Source: Macrostomum lignano
Lineage: Eukaryota
Direction: 5' to 3'
Length of the DNA stretch: 64,000 nt
NCBI GenBank assembly: GCA_002269645.1
Contig: NIVC01002544.1
Location: 62,001 to 126,000, forward strand
Made by a program: the position numbers and the translations under genes. Under the pieces are notes generated by a model, which was not told the origin of the DNA, ran no database searches, and was given only the letters and a program-made list of their open reading frames with translations. Positions within the stretch are counted from its first letter, which is position 1, and each line of letters begins with the position of its first letter. Below are positions 61,901-64,000 of the stretch, one piece after another.

Positions 61901-64000
61901 TGGTCCAGAACCAGCTTCCGCTCGGCTCCTCGCTGCCGGGCAGCTGCCAGCCACCGAGCATCACGCTGGTGTCGGTTGTTAGGCGCCAAACTCCGGATAT
62001 GTTGCAGCTCCTCCAGGTCGCTTACGTCAGCCATGATGACGAGTCCAGGCTCCGCATCGATGTCAGTCTTGGCTACGAGCCAGTCGTGAATTCCAGAGTA
62101 CATCTTGTACTTTGTGCCGCACAGGTCGTCAGAGAATCCGGCAGGGCACAGAGCACCGGGCGGCAGTCCCGGCTGCTGCCTCACGAACACCGGCGCCCTG
62201 CGAGTGCAGCCGCAGTCTCTCACGCGCTTGCTGCACCTGTTGAACACGAACAGCTGGCACGGACCGTCGGCCAGGCTGAACGCCTGACAGTCGAGCTTTG
62301 AGTCGCACAGGCTGGCGCAGTCAATCTTTGATGTGGCATCGCTGCGAGTCTGCACAAACTCTGGCCTGATGCACTGAAACTTGTCGAGCTCCTGGTATCG
62401 AGCTGCCGAGGCCGCAGTCAGCAGCGCAGCCGCTGCAACAAGGCCCAGAAGATGCGGCATCCCTGGTTAAGGCTATGCGAAGAAATTCGCCTGACTTCGA
62501 GGCTTAAGTAGGCAAAAATTTCCGCCAGTTGAGTTCTCCGTTCGATACTTTCTTAGAAATGCTTTGATCCAGGCGGCACTTCCCTTTGAGTCAAGACAGA
62601 GAAGAGAGCTGCATCCATTAGCATTCGAATTGCTGGATTGTCCTCTCTTGGCCATCCATCCATTGTATTGAAAGCAATGCTTTTAGGCATGGTGAGGAAC
62701 AGTCAGCGATTGGAGTGGCTTTTATGCTGTTACTCGCGTGAACTGCTCACTAAATCGGTAATTCAATATCGATTATTTTAAAAGCATCCTTATTATTGGT
62801 CTAATGGTTGATATGGTTCGATTGGTTTCAAAAGACATTTGAGGCTTTCTGAATCGACAAGTAGCCAAGAGCACATGATGCAGCTTTGAGCAATGCACCA
62901 GTCTTGACGATCGGCAATGGTCTCTCTTACTGGTTACCTAACAGTATCATTGGGCCATCCATACACTACATGACGTACGACTCGCAAAGTACTCGAAAAA
63001 TCGAGCTTAGCGCAGTTGTTAGTAATGCTAATATTATTAATAGATTACACCTACCCTAATGGGCAGATGAAGGCTGCGTACGGCTGTTCAGTCCAAGGAT
63101 TGGGGGTGGGTGGCCACACACCCTCAATTCCTATCAAGACACTAGCTAATGCTGGTACCCATTTTACAGCTGGGTGAACTGAAGCAATGCAGCGTTGGGT
63201 GTCTTGTTCAAGGACACAGTTTGGTCTTATGAGACAAAAAATGTCAGAACTTGCCGGACATCACTCATATTTCAATAGAGGGCTCTTATCTGCTCAAAAA
63301 GGTAATTCTATGAGAAATTTTTTCAGAGAAATTACCTACGGGTTGGAAAGTCACAATACAAGCATTATTAGTCCAAGACTGATGATGACACAGGCACAGG
63401 TTCAACCCTAAAGCCTGGAAACCAGGTCATTTATTAAAACTTAATGACTTCTTGGAAAAACTTGTCGAATGCCTAAACATTTCAGCGATTACTTCAAATA
63501 AATCCGTGGCTGTCAACTCAAGCTTCTCCGTTCGGTGCATTCGGCACTGCGACAGAACTTGTCCTGTGCTGAATTCGAGCAAACTGCAGCTCTGCTTGCC
63601 AAACGGCACCTGCTCAGCCAATGACGAACTGCATATCAGCAGTGCCCAGCCTCATGAGCACTCTGGAAACTACACTTGCCAAATGGATGCTGTTCGAACA
63701 TCAGCCTCTGTTACCGTACTTTGTAAGTCGACTGTTATTGAGAAATTTCGCCTTCAGATGGAACAGAGACACGTTGAAAAGTCCCTCTCTCTCTGAACAC
63801 ACTGTAGACCCGCCATCAAGCGTATCAGTCTCTGCCCCGAACTCAAGCAGCTGCGACAGTCCGTCCGACATCGTCGTGCACTTTACATCCTCCGCATCTC
63901 AGCCTGCACCCGAGCACAGTTGCAGTGCTGCTGCTGACATGGCTGCAATGGAAAACTTCACCCGCCTTTCAGAAACGAGTTTTACTAAAGTCAATAACGG
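52994..64000 (+). CDS. Receptor gene D (3'-truncated by the window): SP, Lec, Ig x3, Lec, Ig, Lec, Ig x4, membrane-proximal domain
   Basis: Exons 52994-53063, 53675-53917, 53996-54222, 54314-54404, 54821-55057, 55404-55637, 55803-56045, 56877-57119, 57242-57453, 57543-57633, 57759-57986, 58231-58455, 58772-58974, 59638-59728, 59797-60036, 60598-60831, 60941-61189, 63486-63722, 63808 onward. All phases are compatible and no further signal-peptide exon was found between modules. Confidence 0.7.
53270..53562. repeat. 21-bp minisatellite (gene D intron 1)
   Basis: Unit GCGGCGCCAAAATGAGTGCC(C/T), about 13 copies. Confidence 0.9.
54460..54630 (-). mobile_element. Second SINE-like family, 3'-truncated copy
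   Basis: Minus strand GGAGCTCAGCGGTAAAGGC...GGTTCGATTCCG...TTCATTTGAGGCT...GAGAGTGTACATGCCTGACGATT. Confidence 0.6.
55150..55225 (+). pseudogene. Relic 3' half of an Ig exon inside a gene D intron
   Basis: Reads TCTCSIGSINKSSSIAVL then T|GTGAGA, matching the family Ig exon end; the 5' half is absent. Confidence 0.5.
56085..56846. repeat. 10-bp minisatellite, about 76 copies
   Basis: Unit GCTCA(G/A)TGTT. Confidence 0.97.
60055..60395 (+). mobile_element. Second SINE-like family, near full-length copy
   Basis: CATCAGTGGTACAGCG...GGCTCGATTCC head; central hairpin at 60186-60228; tail ending AACAATAATAAC. Confidence 0.6.
61722..62460 (-). pseudogene. Intronless secreted PAN/apple plus C-type lectin gene, antisense and nested in a gene D intron; one frameshift (pseudogene or sequence error)
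   Basis: Signal peptide MPHLLGLVAAAALLTAASA; PAN-like CASLCDS...CQAFS....CQL; CTL CPAGF...KYK...W...EE...I; after a +1 shift near 61975, VMLGG...W.W...W..GQPDD...GLND. Confidence 0.7.
63023..63218 (-). mobile_element. 5'-truncated copy of the CORE-like SINE
   Basis: Homologous to 44430-44620 (TACACC..CCCTAAT, GAAGGCTG.GTACGGCTGTTCAGT, CCCATTTTA.CAGCTG.GTGAACTGAAGCAAT, CAAGGACAC). Confidence 0.75.

Noticed and set aside
63960-64000. Apparent missing donor after the membrane-proximal exon of gene D (GAA-ACGAGT)
   Set aside because: The window ends here, so the true donor may lie just beyond; cannot be judged.

Overview
Eukaryotic, intron-rich, minisatellite-laden genomic DNA from an invertebrate. 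The style suggests a free-living flatworm such as Macrostomum, but that is inference only. Left half: three tRNA-Gly(GCC) genes, a two-exon CDV3 homologue (minus strand), and an 11-exon JAK-like kinase (FERM-like, SH2-like, pseudokinase, tyrosine kinase) that I assembled by hand with consistent splice phases. One JAK intron holds an intact Ngaro-type tyrosine-recombinase retrotransposon with split direct repeats. In it, gag and pol are in one frame separated by a single TGA, and a donor/acceptor pair would fuse the SAP-containing gag N-terminus to the recombinase. Right half (37-64 kb): a tandem cluster of four paralogous type-I membrane receptor genes built from F-type-lectin-like domains, 0 to 8 or more atypical Cys-rich Ig domains, a TM helix and tails with Tyr motifs (a perfect ITSM in one paralogue, Tyr to Phe in two). 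A decayed copy lies at 29 kb and a nested antisense PAN/C-type lectin gene at 62 kb. This Siglec-like, diversifying lectin-Ig receptor cluster next to a JAK is the best candidate for an undescribed system. Also present: Merlin-like, CMC/CACTA-like and Tc1 DNA transposon relics, two tRNA-derived SINE families and many private tandem repeats. All gene models are manual, without RNA evidence or database searches.
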